DNA of 64,000 bases from Azolla caroliniana (Eukaryota > Plantae > Polypodiophyta), in NCBI GenBank assembly GCA_043228905.1, contig JBHGNT010000013.1, forward strand, positions 9,424,001-9,488,000, in the 5' to 3' direction. How positions within the stretch are numbered: the stretch's first letter is position 1; every line of letters begins with the position of its first letter. The notes beneath the pieces were generated by a model that was given only the letters and a program-made list of their open reading frames with translations, made no database searches and was not told where the DNA came from. Both the position numbers and the translations under genes were made by a program. This document shows positions 38,056 to 53,377 of the stretch, piece by piece.

Positions 38056-41000
38056 TGTTGAATACGAGTGTATAATGGCCGTATTCACACTGTCCCTTTG
38101 GACAACCCAAGTTTGGGCTATTTCTGTAAATAGCATAAAGGGCAATTGCCCTAGGATAGTCACTATATAAAGTGACTTTGTAACCTTTAGTGGTTGTTGG
38201 TTGTCATTTTGTAACTGTTGCTATTAAGAAATAAAACGTTTCTTTGTGCCTATCTATCTCTCTCTCTCTCTCTGTGCGTATCTTGTTTATTCTCATACAC
38301 ATGTCCTTCAACATCACAGATGTTGTTTGTTCTTCCGCATTGATGACCTTGTCCCCAACATTTGGTATCAGAGCGTTGGAGGTTCTTCAACCCGCCGGCC
38401 ATCATAGTACACCACACAACATTCTGTTTCTGTTTTTCTTGAAGAACAGAGAAGAGAGAAGACAAACAAGAAGTCTGCATCTTACTATGTTAAATCACTA
38501 ATTGGAGTAAGCTAGCCGGCTGTACTCTGTTCCTGTGATTGTAACCACCTGAGATTGGTCTCTAGGCAACAACCAAATTCATGCTTCATTCGGCTGATCG
38601 ACATTCGGGAGGATCAGTTGGATCCGTCCCTCTCATCGTTGCAATCATCCGAAGCAGAATCGGCCCAAACAATCGGTTTCTTGTGATCGGTATTCGGTAG
38701 ACAATCGAAAGCTAACCGGAGTCACTCCAAGAGGGTTCAACAAACAAGCATCCGAAACCAAACCGACTCGGGTTCAAGACCGACTAGAACGATATCGGGT
38801 GAGCCGACCAACTACACCCCACTAAGGTTCCTAGTCAACTCCGAACAGAGTCTTACCAACCGAAACCAAATCAGATGGCATCAACATCTGGCTCATCGCA
38901 GCTGAGTCTAAGGAGGTTCGACGGTTCGAACTTCAACTTCTAGAAGGAACAAATGCAAGACTATCTCATAGTCAAGGGTCAGATAGACCCGATTGAGAAT
39001 GAAAATCCCCTAGAAGCATACAAGGCAAACGAGTGGCTAAACTTGCACAGAATCATCCACGCCACGATTCAGATGCACTTGTCGGAGTCAGTGTACTTCA
39101 CAGTGCAATCATGCTCAATAGCTTTTGAACTTTGGAAAACATTGTCGAAAACTTATGAAAAGAAGGTCGCCGCAACGAAGATGTATCTGATTCAGCGCCT
39201 CTACAAGTTGTGGATGAAAGAATCCGATTCGGTTCAGGCACACCTCAACGAGTACGAAAGCATAAGCTCACAAATATCGTCTCAGGGGACAACAATAGAG
39301 GATGAACTCAAAGCAATTATACTCATGAGTAGTCTCCCTTGTTCTTGGGAAACTTTCGTCACAACCGTGTGCAATGCTTCAACAACTACCATTAAGTACT
39401 CCGAAATCACGAGCGCAATCCTGACTGAAGCAATTGGGAGAAAGTCTTTTGCCAAAGACTCGGCAGATGAAGCTTTCGTAGTACAAGGTTCGATCGACAA
39501 ATCGAACAACCAAGGAAGAATTTCTTCCCGACCGCCGAACAATCAGCGAAGCCGGAGCAAGTCCTGGGACAACCGAATCTACAACTACTGCAAGAAACCG
39601 GGACACATCAAAGCTGACTGCCGAGCACTCAAAGAAAAAACTGACAAAGCTCAAAGAGCAGATCAGAAGAGTAGCCGACATGAGGAGGTCAACTACGTCG
39701 GCTCTTCAGCTGAAATTTTGACGACCGACCCGAACATATTGTCCATAGAGAACCCAATCGAATCAGAAGTTCTGCTTACGACTAAGGAATCGAGCACATA
39801 GCTCTTGGACTCGGGCGCATCGTATCATGTGACACCTCACCGATCTCAGTTTCGGCAATACTCGGACCGGCACTCCGACTCAATTCGAGTCGGGAACTTG
39901 CAATACTGTTCCATAATCGGAATTGGCACTGTAGAGCTCAACCTTCTGGGTGGCTCTACACTCGTACTACACAACGTTCGACACGTTCTTGAGCTTTCAA
40001 GACCCTTGATCTCAGTCGGACAACTTAACGAAGCCGACATCTGTGTCGGGTTCTCATCAAGAGGGTGGACACTCCACTAAGGGAACCTCTTGCTTGCTCG
40101 AGGACCAAAGGTACACTCTTTGTACCCTTTATATGTCACACTCAAAGAGGGTGACTTATTTTCGGTTGATATCCCCGTGTCATCGTTATGGCACGGACGA
40201 CTTGGACACCTCAGCAAGGCCGGCATAATGCACCTATCCAAAGCCGGTTACATCCCCAAGCTCTCCTTCTCGGATCACCAATTCTACGAGCATTGCTAGT
40301 ACGACAAACATGTAGCCGCATCCCACCCGACATCAGCACCAAGAGAACGAGTTCCCTCGATTTGGTCCACTCAGACGTCTCTAGCCCGATGCCACATCAA
40401 TCTCTCGGCGGTGCTTCGTACTTTGTCAGTTTTATTGACGACTTGACTTGGAAGGTGTGGGCTTACCCCATTAGAACCAAAGATCGGGTGTTCTCAATCT
40501 TCTCCGAATGGCTTGCAATAGTTGAAAACCAGACCGGTCAGAAACTAAAATGTCTCTGAACTGATAACGAAGGAGAATTCAAGTCTGAAGAATTCGTCAA
40601 ATTTTGCCGGGAACACGGCATTCGACGTGATTATACGGCACCTTATAGTCCGTAGCAGAACGAAATTGTAGAGCGCATGAGTCAGATGATTCAAGAACGC
40701 ATAGTATCCATGCTCCAACACTCCGGACTGTCAAATGACTTCTGCGCAGAGGCTCTACTTACGGTAGTACACATAATAAATATGTCGCCAAGTAGACCTC
40801 TAGGACTTAAAATACCTCAGGAAACATGGACCGACAGTAAGTCGAATTATGACAAGCTGAGGATCTTCGGTTGCGAGGTGTATGCCCTCATACCGAAAGA
40901 CGACCACCGGAAACTCCAACCAAGATCAAGGAAATGCATTTTCCTTGGATATGGACCCGACGGCGAGATCAGATACCGACTCTAGGATCCCGAGTACAGA

Positions 41001-43257
41001 CAAATCGGCCGAAGTTCGGACGTCGTGTTCAACGAGTCGGCTATGCATAAAACGGCCGAAAGGCCTATTGAAGTCCGAAGGGTAATATTTTCCGAAGTGC
41101 CAACCCTTCATTAAGGCCCAACCCACAACACGAGATCGGTTTCACGGGTAACCGACACCTCCCGTCCTGAATCCACCGATTCAGCACAGCCGAATGGCTC
41201 GGCTTCCGACCATCCGACACTTATACCCGGTGCGACTAGTCCCATCATACCTCGAAGATCCGAGAGGTTGTCACAACCTCCAGAAAGGTACTCTCCTAGA
41301 ATTTTCTTTACCGACGCCAGCGAACCGACATCTTACGAAGAAGCATCGGCATTTGCCGACTCAGCCACCTGGCACCTGGCGATGGAGTTGGAAATGCACT
41401 CCATTCACGCAAACAAAACTTGGGACTTGGTTGAATAACCGAAGAATCAACGTGCTCTTCCGTGTAAATGGGTCTATCGACTAAAAGAGACATCCGACTG
41501 GACCAACCCAAAGTACAAGGCCAGATTAATTGCGAAGGGATTTCAACAAGAATATGGCGTCGACTTCGACGAAATCTTTTCACTTGTGGTGAAAATGAAA
41601 ACCCTTCGTTTCATGCTTGGCGTCGTGGCCGCTGACAACTTGGAGCTAATTCAGTTAGATGTAAAAACGGATTTCCTCCACGGTGACCTATAGGAGGAAA
41701 TCTATATGGAGCAGCCGAAAGGCTTTGTGGCATCCGACCAGGAACATCTAGTCTGCCGATTCAGGAAGAGTTTATACGGCCTGAAACAGGCACCTCGATA
41801 GTGGTACAAGAAGTTCGACGACTTCATCCAGTCAGTCGGCTTCTCCAAGTGCGATGAGGACCACTGTCTTTTCACCAAAATAGCTCAAGACGGGTCTCCC
41901 GTCTTCCTCATCATTTACGTGGACGACATGCTACTCTCCGGCCGACATGCCGGAGAACTCACCGAACTCGTTCGGAAACTGCGGTTCAAGTTTGCCATGA
42001 ACGACCTTGGTCTGGCAAGACACATACCTTGTTTGACGATTAGTCGGCATCGCGGTAAATGACAACTTTTCTTGTTTCAAACCGACTACATCGGACGTAT
42101 CTTGGAACGCTTCAACATGCACTCGGCCAAGTCTGCTTCGACCACACTTCCCATTAACCTTTGGCTGTCTCAGCAAGATTGCCTGACATTCGGTTCGGAG
42201 GGGGAAGATATGAAGTCATTACCGTATGCACCGGCAGTCAGCTCCCTTGTGTACGTGATGGTCACGACACGGCCTGATATTTCTCACGTCGTAGGAGTCG
42301 TCAGCAGATTCATGCACAACCCATGCCGATCACACTTGAAGGCAGTCAAGCATGTGTTCAAACATCTAGTTGGCACAAAAGACCACGACATTCTTTTTGG
42401 CCCGAGTCGGACTTCGTCGACTGCGTGGACAGTCGGAAATCAACAACCGGATATTGTTTCAAATTCAGCAATGGAGCAATCTTGTGGAAGTTGAAACTTC
42501 AGGAGTGCACAGCCACCTCAATGACCGAAGCGGAATATGTAGCTACATCTGATGCGGCAAAAGAAGCTTTATGGCTGGGTCGGCTGGTGCACACATTTCG
42601 ACAAGTCGACTTCGACTCGGCTCCAGTTTTCTACAGTGACAGTCAGGGTGTTGTTGCTTTGTCAAAAAATCCGGTTCAACACAACGCCTCCAAGCATATC
42701 GACGTTCGATATCACTTTGTTCGGGACTGCATCATTTCCGGGAAAATCGGTCTCGAGAAGATATCCACAACCGATAATGTTGTAGATGGAATGACCAAGT
42801 GTCTTTCGGCGGATCGCTTCTGGTCCCTTCGGTACAAGATGGACGTAACGGAAAATCAGTCCGGTTAAAGTCAGACACACAACACAGAATGGTTTCGGAC
42901 AACCAACATTGGTTCTTTGAGGATTGGCTTCAGCTCTTCCAATTTGACCGGTTCGGTCTTCTGTCTTCAGATCTTGCCGACTCGAACAAAACTGATCTGT
43001 CCGATAAACCTTTTATATACCTTTAATTTCAGATAACCCATGTATACGCCCATTATGGGGGAGTGTCGAATACAAGTGTATAATGGCCGTATTCACACTA
43101 TCCCTTTGGACAACCCAAGTTTGGGCTATTTCTGTAAATAGCATAAAGGGCAGCTGCCCTAGGATAGTCACTATATAAAGTGACATTGTAACCTTTAGTG
43201 GTCATTGGTTGTCATTTTGTAACTGTTGCTATTAAGAAATAAAACGTTTCTTTGTGC

Positions 43258-43299
<42 letters not shown>

Positions 43300-43378
43300 C
43301 TTGTTTATTCTCATACACATGTCCTTCAACACCACAGATGTTGTTTGTTCTTCCGCACTGACGACCTTGTCCCCAACA
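38056..43378 (+). mobile_element. Full-length degenerate Ty1/Copia element H
   Basis: LTRs 38056-38360 and 43064-43378; 5-bp TSD CTAAG; PBS tggtatcagagcg at 38363; PPT gggggag. Domains: gag 38876-39801, PR (LDSGASYHVT), INT, RT (YVDDML), RH (TEAEY, KHIDVRYHFVR). Confidence 0.93.
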
Positions 43379-46300
43379 CTAAGCACATCCAATGCTTGTG
43401 GAAGCCAAGGTATGACTCCCTTCAAGCTTCAATGGTACTAGACATCGAGGAGCGTCAGGTCCGTCTCATGCCATTGTTAGGGGCTCGTCGAGTGGTATGG
43501 CCCCTATGTTTCCTTTCTTTGGTCCATAGTCCTTTTGTTTTGCTTAAAATTAATTAGTTAGAACCGAGCGATAAAGGGTTGCATATCCACGAGAAAGTTG
43601 GGCACAAGCAACCTCCTATAAGGAGAACCTAGGCCTCGTAAATGTTACTCCTAGATTCGTGCAAAAGCATGTGTATGCCACATTTTCCATGCTTGAGTGG
43701 TGTTTATTGCTAAACCTTTATGCATACAAAATAGTTGTTAGGCATTTAGATGTCTTTGAGTACCCCAGAGAGTCACAAATAAGCACAACATCATTAACAT
43801 ATAGTAATATTTGTATAGCTATACTGGCTCGATGTCCTATTGAACCCCTAATTTCTCTATATACCGTGATACCTCATCTATATAGAGACCGACGAGAGTG
43901 GACAATAATGGGATTCCTCATTTTCCTCTGCTTGTGCTAGCCACCGTCTTTTCTGAACGCAGATTCATGCATGCATAGATTCCCCATTGCATATTAGTAG
44001 GGACACCAAGGGCATCTAGCTATTGTGTAAGATGAACACGTGGCAGTGTCAAACACTCCATATTTTATTATTTGTGAAAATCATTACCTAAGGCACCAAT
44101 CTAGCAATTGAAAGTACTCATGTTGTTTTCCTAATTACAAATAATAGGCATAGTTGTGAGTCTTGACATGTAGTATTAAAGCTTATCCTTTATAACCAAT
44201 GGCACTAATGCTACATTGCTCAGTTACCATTTATTATATTTTCTTTGAAGCAATAGCTATGATGTTGCATTGTACTTTGTATGATTCAAATAATTTCTTT
44301 ACAAGTTCAATATCACAATTAACTATGAAAATTCATTTTCCAACAACCGAAGGTTGACATCAACTTTACCAATTCATTTCCCTTACCCAAGGGTTAATGT
44401 GATAGCATTGCCTCTAATAAGGAATAAAAAGGTTAAAGATAAAGATATGCATATCTACAAAAGAAATTCTACAATATAAAGTGTTCCATTCTAAGAGATA
44501 TTTGTGTACATTGAGTTTGGAAACCTTAAAAAGAAAATGTTTTGAAATGGGAGTCCTTTTGAGCGATGTTGAATAATTATTCTTGCATGATGTGGATCTA
44601 AGGAATGTGAAATTGTTCATAGAACTTTAAAACTAACATAAGGAGATTAAAAAAATGTATAACTCAAGAAGTACATGGCACACATGCTTAAAGCATGGGT
44701 TAGAATGAGAAATCTTATGCATTATAAGGAAAATAGAAGAATGATAAGGAGAGATATGAAATGATATACAAATTGGTGCAAAGTAGATTGTTATCAGGCA
44801 TAAAGATTTTCTAAGCACATTCAAGTAGTGTGGAACACAATGGAAGATAGAAGAAGAAACTATCCATGCTTAGTCTACAACTTTCCCCCGCATGCATGAA
44901 ATAGTCATCATGCCGATTTGTACAAATGGTTTACCTACATACAATAACCACAACTTCTTTTCCTAAACTAGGACTTATCCACTCGTTATGAGACAAATTG
45001 AATGAAACATAATCTCCATTACCCATGGGCCAATATCCCCCACCACATATTTTTCATTTATATACGAGAGATTAATGTCAGTGTTGATTCCAATATCTCC
45101 CACCACATATTTTTTATTTATGTATGTGAGATTAACGTTGATGTTGGTATCAAAATTGCGAATGTCATGTATTCCCCTTATTTGGATTATATTATGGAAT
45201 GTTTAGATAGTTGCTCATGACCTAATCATTCATACACAAGAACAAAACACTCCCAATGAAGAGTGATTTACCCAACTCACACCAAAAGAATGTTTCCTCA
45301 TCTTGCATTCATATTGTGGACCTTGGACTCGTAATCGTTGCAACAAATCTAACTGAAGAATACCATCCTTTGGAGTTCCTTGGATGAACTCTGTTCGCCC
45401 ACCTATGGTGTCGAATCTTGGTCTCACCAAAGATATGCTTGTGAGAGAAACTCAATAGTTCACATGCAAGTTTTCACAATTAATCAACCTAGTCCAACCT
45501 TGTTGTTGACCCTATCACTTCAAACAAATTGGGCTCATAAGTGCCCTCCAACAATGACAAATTTTGGTTTTCTCTACTGATAAAAACTTCTTTTCCACTC
45601 AAGGATTAATCCACCTTCCTCATGGAGTTCAAAGCCCCATATGGTGAGTCCAATAATTGTCAAATCTAAGTTAACATGCTTTATAGTTTGTCAGTTTGCT
45701 TGTGTATTGGAACAATTAAACTTATTGTTCAACTAGTTTTATAGAATCAATGTACTTTTTGAAGTCTATTCACAATTTAGCTTTGTAGGTAGTGTGTTGT
45801 TTGAGGCATGTTCATGTTAGAACCAACTCATGTGCATAGACAAGGAGTTTGACTATTTTACCAAGTTTTATGTATGGTCATTACATCCCAAATGGAATAG
45901 GTGCACTAGTATTCATTGTGTCAACGTGTTGCATGGTAAAAAAACATCTTGTAAGTTTGAAATAGCCTCATGTGAAGAACAATCATTAATAAGGAGTAGA
46001 CAAAAACAAAACTGATAGCTAATTAGAATGAAGGAAATATAACTTAAAGAAAAAGATAATTACGACTTAAACAACAACAAGAATATGATAAGACACCATC
46101 CAAGACTGTATATGCATATTAGGGGTCACCTCCCTAGTGAAAATCTTACTTTTCCAATTGGAAATTCAAGATGCAATAATTCGTGGTAGGACAAGGAAAC
46201 TAGGTAGAAGATAAAGCAAAACCAAAATTTCATGTCATCGTAGATATTACCATCTAGCTAACTGAAAAGGTGTTACTTGGAATACATAAACAAAACATAA

Positions 46301-46931
46301 CCGAACACCATGAAATGCTATTTATATTCTAGAAAGGAACATAATAAACAGACTTTTAATGCTCTAAACCTATTATATACTCCTCTTGAACTAAGGAAAA
46401 CATTCTTTGAAGAGTAGAATACATTTGGTTGGCAATTAGCAAGATGAAACATAGAATCACTATAACAAGAAGGATTAACAAGATTGCAACAATAAACATG
46501 GGTAGGACAAGGGAGCATGAAGGTCCTAACTAGGATAGATGTAGTCGGAGTAGGCTTTGTAGCTACACTCAATTGGCTTCATGGATGGGGCTTTGTAGAT
46601 AGCTTTGGTTTGTGCACCACAAGGCGTTGATGGCGAAAAGAAGTTGTTTGCATGAGGGATGGTTGTAATATGAGTATGATGTGATAAAAGGAGGAAGAGT
46701 GATCATAGCCCTTGTGAGGTCATGGTTCCATCATAAATTCATTAGCACGGCCACACAAAGTAGCTAATGCCCTCAAATTGACAAAAGAATTTAAATTCAA
46801 AATCCCAAAATAATTATTGTGAGTAGAATCAAATGATTTTATTGATTGAGCAAAACAATTACCATGTGGGAACCATGAAAAGTAAACAAAGAAGACATGA
46901 GGAACATATTTCTATCAAATCTTCTCTTGTG

Positions 46932-47304
46932 TGTTGGAATGTGTATATGTAGATGCCTGATACAGATCAACTTTGTTAAAGTTAAGCAAGCCAGAGACAA
47001 AGCATGAAGGTATATTACATAAGACTTGCATGAGAGGATTTATGTGTTAACTTTTTGGCCCATTCTTTATCCCACATGGTTTACGGAGGTGGTTTGGGAG
47101 CTATAAATAAGCTCCTCTTCCTCTTAGCTTGATATCCTCAATTTTGTATTCTTCTCTCCCGATCATAATAGAGCATGTTGCTTTGGAGGACGTAGGCTGA
47201 TTGGCTGAACCTCGGTAATTTTGGTGTTATTTTATATTTTCTTCTTACTCTATATAATGGCTTTCCTTTTGGTTATATATTGTTATTTTCACGCTTCCAC
47301 AACA
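46932..47304 (+). mobile_element. Probable old solo LTR
   Basis: TGTTG..CAACA ends, TATAAATA near 47102, and gacgtaggc..gaacctcg / cgcttcc.caaca motifs typical of LTR 3' ends. TSD poorly preserved. Confidence 0.5.
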
Positions 47305-48442
47305 GTATGCACAATATATAGATAATAGATCAAAAGTGCAAGAATTGTTGTTCATGGAGGGCTTACCTCCTATTTGTACATTAATAATACAAGTGCTCTA
47401 TTATGGAAGACACACACAAGATGCACTCACTACTCACATGGATTGTTAGATTAGAGTTTATCCTTTAAATCATGTGTGAATTGCCAATTTGATGTATTTG
47501 GTCTCCTTTGATCATCATGGTTATTAGAAGTATTTTCATAATAGAATCCTATGGCTTTCCAATTTTCTCCCTTTGACCAAACAACATCAAAACATCCATC
47601 CCCAAAAAACTTGCACTTCCTTTGATATCTACCAAAGTGTGACATGAGTGTTCTTGCCTAGATTTCTTCTTCCTCACTACCAAGGAGCGATTTCCCTTGA
47701 CTTCATCCTTGTCTTCTTGTAGGAATGTTATTAGGTGTCCTTTGTGCTACCTTATGAAGATGTGGAATTATGGTTGTATTGTCTATAGAACAAACCAATG
47801 CTTAGAAGATTTTCATACAGAACTATGTTGATTGTAAAGGTTTTTATATACCAACCATGAGCCTAGGTTCCACACCTTTACTTTTTCTTTCCACCCTCCC
47901 CTCTTCATAAGTTTAAAATACTTGAAATACCTTTTCCCTAGTATACAACACAAAGGTGATGGGATGGTTTCAATCATGGATAAAAATGAGTTTTTATTAT
48001 AAAAACAAAGATTATATAGTATTACATAAAAATATCTCAATTTCACCTTATAAATCAATGCAAACCAAGAATTGATGAATTGTACTCCTTGATCTGCTAG
48101 GTGAAGTTTATAGGTGTGATCACTTATTTGATTGAAGTCCCAAAATTTGCACCAAGTGATTCATCAATATAGGTATCCATATGATAAAAGTATTGCAATG
48201 GAGATCCATTGATTCGAGGAATTTATCAAAGCAAATAATTTGATCTCGATAAATGTTTGAGAATAGAATGTTAACAATTACTAAAATGTAGGGTTTGAAC
48301 CTCAATAATATCAAGAACAAACCTTTAGGGTTAGAAGTTTTGTCTTTTTACTCTTGAGGTGCAAAATCCCTACTTTTCTATGTATTACCATTTTTACAAG
48401 CATCATAATTGTGTTACAGGATGTATATGAGACAAATAATTG

Positions 48443-51400
48443 TGTTAATGAAGCCTTATTCGAAGAGGCACTTACAAGCACAAAAGCGGAACTTGGGGTC
48501 AGTCCAAACAATGGAATAAGCGCTCTCTTCGAAGCTTCAATGACGAGCCTCATTGAATTCAAAGATGAGATAACATGAATTGTAAGGGATAGTCCAAAGG
48601 ATGCAAGGACGAGTATCTCGGAAGCTTCATACCTTACAATCGAATTAACAAAAATGGAGAAGGATGAGAAACTTAGATATAGTGGTCCGGACGATGAGAT
48701 GAATACCATCTCCGAAGCTTTGCATCTAAATGCAGTTTACTTGCCCACCCATGTGAACAGGTGGAAGCCAAGGAAGTTTAAAATGAAGGCACTATGCTTG
48801 GGAAGATATAAAAAGAAGAGTTGGAAAAGACTTAGATCATGAACCAAAAAATACATGATCCAAGAGTGGACATGACACCAAGATTAAACAAGATAATGGC
48901 ACCACACATCTAGAATCTAAGACTTGGATACTGGAGAGTTGGTATAGTCTGAGTGATGGCAGGAAGACCCTCACTGAAGCTTCGGGCCCACTCTATGGTA
49001 AGACCCAAGAGAAGGATGTGGATGATGTAGGAGTAGATGGAAGAAATAAATGTCAAATAGTTAATAATGTTGGCATAAAAGGCCGACTCCATCCACCTTG
49101 TATCCTAGTGTGAACTCTTCCAAATAGTTAGGGCTTAGTATATAAGCAATAACCTAACGTTGTAAGAAAGGATCGCTTGATCATCCTGTACATCGAGTCT
49201 TTGAGAGAGAGAAAAAAAAAACAAAAATAAAGAGAGCTTCCATTAAAGTTTCATTGGTGTGTGTCTATTATCACTCCATATCTTCTTACTTTCCCTCTGT
49301 GTTGTTTGCTAAGCATAACCAACACGTCCTCACATACATTTCCGCGCATATCTGGCCTTCAACTGGTATCAGAGCGATCCGTGGCTCGGCAGCAACAAAC
49401 AACAACAAAAAAGAAGGCTAAAAGTAAAAAGACCAGGTTAGCAAATCTCACTTTCAAAAGAATCATGGCATCAACATCCGGTACAGGAGTTAAGATCCAA
49501 AAATTCGATGGCAAAAACTTTGCCCTATGGAAGGAGATGATGCAGGACGTACTGATTATTTGAAGATAGTTGAGTCCATTCGACACTCCGAAAAGCCTAC
49601 TTCAATGTCAGCCAATGAGTGGATATCAATGGAAGAAATCACATGCTCCACCATTCGAATGCACCTGGCCGAAAACATCTACTTTAGCATGGCAAAAGAG
49701 ACGACATTGTTCTCATTATGGGAGAAGCTACAACCTGTGTATGAGAAAAAGTCTTCATCTTCAAAACGGATATTGATCAAACAACTGTTCAACATGAAGA
49801 TGAGAGAGACCGATCTGGCTATCTCTCACATCAACACCTTCAGCTGGGTGTTGTCAGAACTGTGCATATTAGGGATCAACTTCGAAGAAGAAGTGAAAGC
49901 CCTTGCCCTCCTATAGAGCTTGCCGACGAGTTGGGAGGTATTCTGCATTACATACGCCAATAGCTGAACGATCCTAAATCTGGATGAGACAATCGGCCAA
50001 ATCCTCACCAAGGACAATCGGCGAAAATCGATGGGACTTACCATCGATGAATCGGCAGAAGCCCATCATTGGACCGAGTCGTTCGACCGACAGAGTTGAA
50101 CGAGAGACCAAGGCGATAGAACTGGTCGAAATACCAACTGATAAAAAACGAGGGGAGACCGACAACGGTTGAAGTCGAGAAAAGTTGGCAACAATGTTTC
50201 CGACTAATGGTCGATCAAGAGAAAAGGAGTGGTCAACGATCTGAGCGAAATCGAGGACAACCCAACTCGGATCACTCTCCAGTCAGCAACCAAATCAACA
50301 TTGCCGACTCCCGATCAAGAGAAATTCTCTCCTTCGAGGATTCAACGATCGGAGAAGTCCTATATTGTGCACAAGATGCACACACGTGGTTACTGGATTC
50401 CGATGCCACATTCCATGTGACCCCCAACATTGAGTGGTTTTCGAACTATTCAGCTAACGCCAACGGCACAATCTGACTAGGCAACGGGCAGGAGTGCAGA
50501 ATCGCAGGGACCGGAGAGGTTCCCATCCGATTGCACAATGGCAACATGATCACGCTACACCTAGTCAGGCACGTACCCGATCTAAAAAGGAGTTTGGTCT
50601 CCATCGGCATGTTAGCCGAAGACAGGTACCGAACAATTCTAAGTGAGTCGATATGGATGATCAGCTGGGGAAATCTCAGAATTGGGAGTGGACACAAGTA
50701 TAATAACTTGTACCCATTAATGTCGATCAATCCAGGAGTCGTGAATGTAGCCGAAAAGACCGACCCAAACTTATGGCATGGCCGACTCGGCTATATGTCT
50801 CAAGACAGACTCGATCGGCTGATGGCGGTCAACTACATCCCTAAACTCCAAGCAAAGACGAACTTCTATGAGCATTGTCGATACGAGAAACATACCCGAA
50901 GTCCCTACTCTCTCCATTATGAGACGGTACGATAGCCCATAGAGCTCGTGCACACAGATATATGTGGGCCCATGCCAAAGCGATCACTAGGAGGCTCTCG
51001 GTACTTCACCACCTTTATAGGTGGCTGTACACGGAAGGTCTAGGCCTACTCAATCAGGTCCAAAGACGAAGCGCTCGAGGTTTTCACTCGGTGGACATCT
51101 GACATGGAGGACCGGTCGGGACACAGAGTGAAGACACTCTGATCCGAAAACGGAGACGAATATACCTCTAGAGACTTCAAGCGGCACTTGTCCAACAAAG
51201 GAATCTAGCATCAAAAGATTGTTCCTTACACACCCATGTAGAATGGAGTGGCAGAACGGATCAACCGAATGATCCAGGAGAGGGTGACGACATTGCTCTA
51301 ACAAGCTAGACTGAAGCTGGAGTTCTGGGTTGAGGCATTGCAGACGGCAGTATACTTGGTAAATCTATCATCATCGAAAGCAATCAAGTTTGAAGTGCCA

Positions 51401-53135
51401 CAGGCACTATGGTCAGGCAAACAACCAACCTACTATAAGCTTTGTGTATTCAGATGTGAAGCCTACACGTTCATTCCTAGGGAGAAAAGGAGCAAGTTGT
51501 CACCCCATGCAACGAAATGCATATTTCTCAGTTATGGAACTGATGGGGACTTTGGCTACCGGCTATGGGACCCTAAGAACCGGAAATTAATCCGGAGTAG
51601 TGATGTAGCCTTCAATGAAGACTCTATCTTCTCTCAACGGAACCAACAAAAAATACCTGATAAAAAGGTAAGGACCATCCCACCAAGACGAATCAGAGAT
51701 TCGACAAATAGTTGAACTCGACCAAGTTGACAACATACCTACCGACTCTGAATTGGTAGGAGGTCCATTAGTCGATCTCGAAGACAAAGCCATCAAAGAC
51801 AGAGCCAATTCGACAAAAGTCGAACAAAGCAAAGTCAACATGATGCGATTTGGAAACAAACCCAAGTCGACAAATTTCACAAGGGAGAAAGCCATGACAC
51901 CACTTAAATCCCTGCATGGGGGTGGGTCACCTAACAAGACTCCTGACACAAACGGTTCAATAAATACCGATCGACCAATAGAGCCGATCGAAGAATCTGA
52001 ACCTCTTAGTTCGGCACTCAGGAGATCTAGACGAGCTCGAAGGCAGACAAAGTTCTACCAAACTAGCCTCGACTACGTCAACTACACTGATGCATGCGAA
52101 CCAAGCACTTATGAAGAAGCTATGGCCACAACGAACGCCGAACTACAAGCCATGAAATCCGAAGTGGACTCGATTCACAAGAATCAGACATGGGAGCAGG
52201 TCAAACTACCAGTTGGAAGAAAGCCGCTACCTTGCAAATGGGTTTTCCGATACAAATATGTATCTGACTCAGAGAAACCCAAGTACAAAGCTCGGCTTGT
52301 TGCGAAAGGTTTCTAACCAGAACACGGGGTCAACTACGACGAGAAATTCTCATGAGTAGTCAAGATGACCACCCTCTGACTCCTACTAGGAGTTGTAGTG
52401 ACAAAAGACCTAGAGCTTGAGCAAATGGACATAAAGATGACGTTCCTACATAGAGATCTGGAAGAAGACATTTACATGTATCAACCGACAGGCTTCACAA
52501 CGACGGGGGAGGAAAGTCACCTCGTATGTCGATTGAAGAAAAGCCTCTATGGCTTTAAACAAGCACCACAAATGTGGTACCAGAAGTTTGACTCCTACAT
52601 CAGGCAACTTGGATACTGTCGATCCGACTCCAACCCATATAGGATCAGATATATGCATGGCTAACGAGTCTAGGATTTATCTGATCCTATATGTCGACGA
52701 CATGTTAATTGCAGGAAGCAATCAAGTAGAGATCGGAAAGCTAAAGCAGAACCTTCATGACAAGTTTGCGATGAAGGAGCTCGGACAAGCCCGTCACATA
52801 CTGGGCACGAGGATCGAGCGAAATCGGATGACCGAGACTCTCTGACTCTCCTAGTCGGACTATATTCAGAAGGTGTTGAGGCGCTTCAACATGCAGAATG
52901 CGAAGCCATCACCAACGTCGATCCGACTATCAGACAAAGACTCTCCTTCAACAGACAAGGAAAGAGATTTTAATGGAAAGATGCCCTACACATCTTCCAT
53001 AGCAAGTATCATATACACAATGGTGGTGACCCAACCAGACCTAGCCTATGTCGTAGGAGTGGTCAGACGGTACATGTCAAACCCAGGACGGAAGCATTGG
53101 GAGGCCTTCAAGCACATCTTTAGGTACCTAAGGGG
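48443..53135 (+). mobile_element. Degenerate Ty1/Copia element I (5' LTR to RT), interrupted at 53135; host of the right nest
   Basis: PBS tggtatcagagcg at 49364 after LTR end near 49361 (LTR start uncertain). gag KFDGKNFALWK, PR WLLDSDATFH, INT, RT KARLVAKGF / YVDDMLI. Confidence 0.85.
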
Positions 53136-53333
53136 TGTCGAATACGAGTGTATAATGGCCGTATTCACATTGTCCCTTTGGATAGCCCAAGTTTGGGCTA
53201 TTTCTGTAAATAGCATAAAGGGCAGTTTCCCTAGGATAGTCACTATATAAAGTGACTTTGTAACCTTTAGTAAAGGTTGGTTGTCATTCTCTGTAACTGT
53301 TGCTATTGGAATATTTCGTTTTCTTTGTGCCTA

Positions 53334-53377
<44 letters not shown>

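Noticed and set aside
43400-46900. Possible old L1-like LINE or LTR relics and short ORFs
   Set aside because: Too degraded to support a call by eye; only a weak Cys/His-like motif near 44680.
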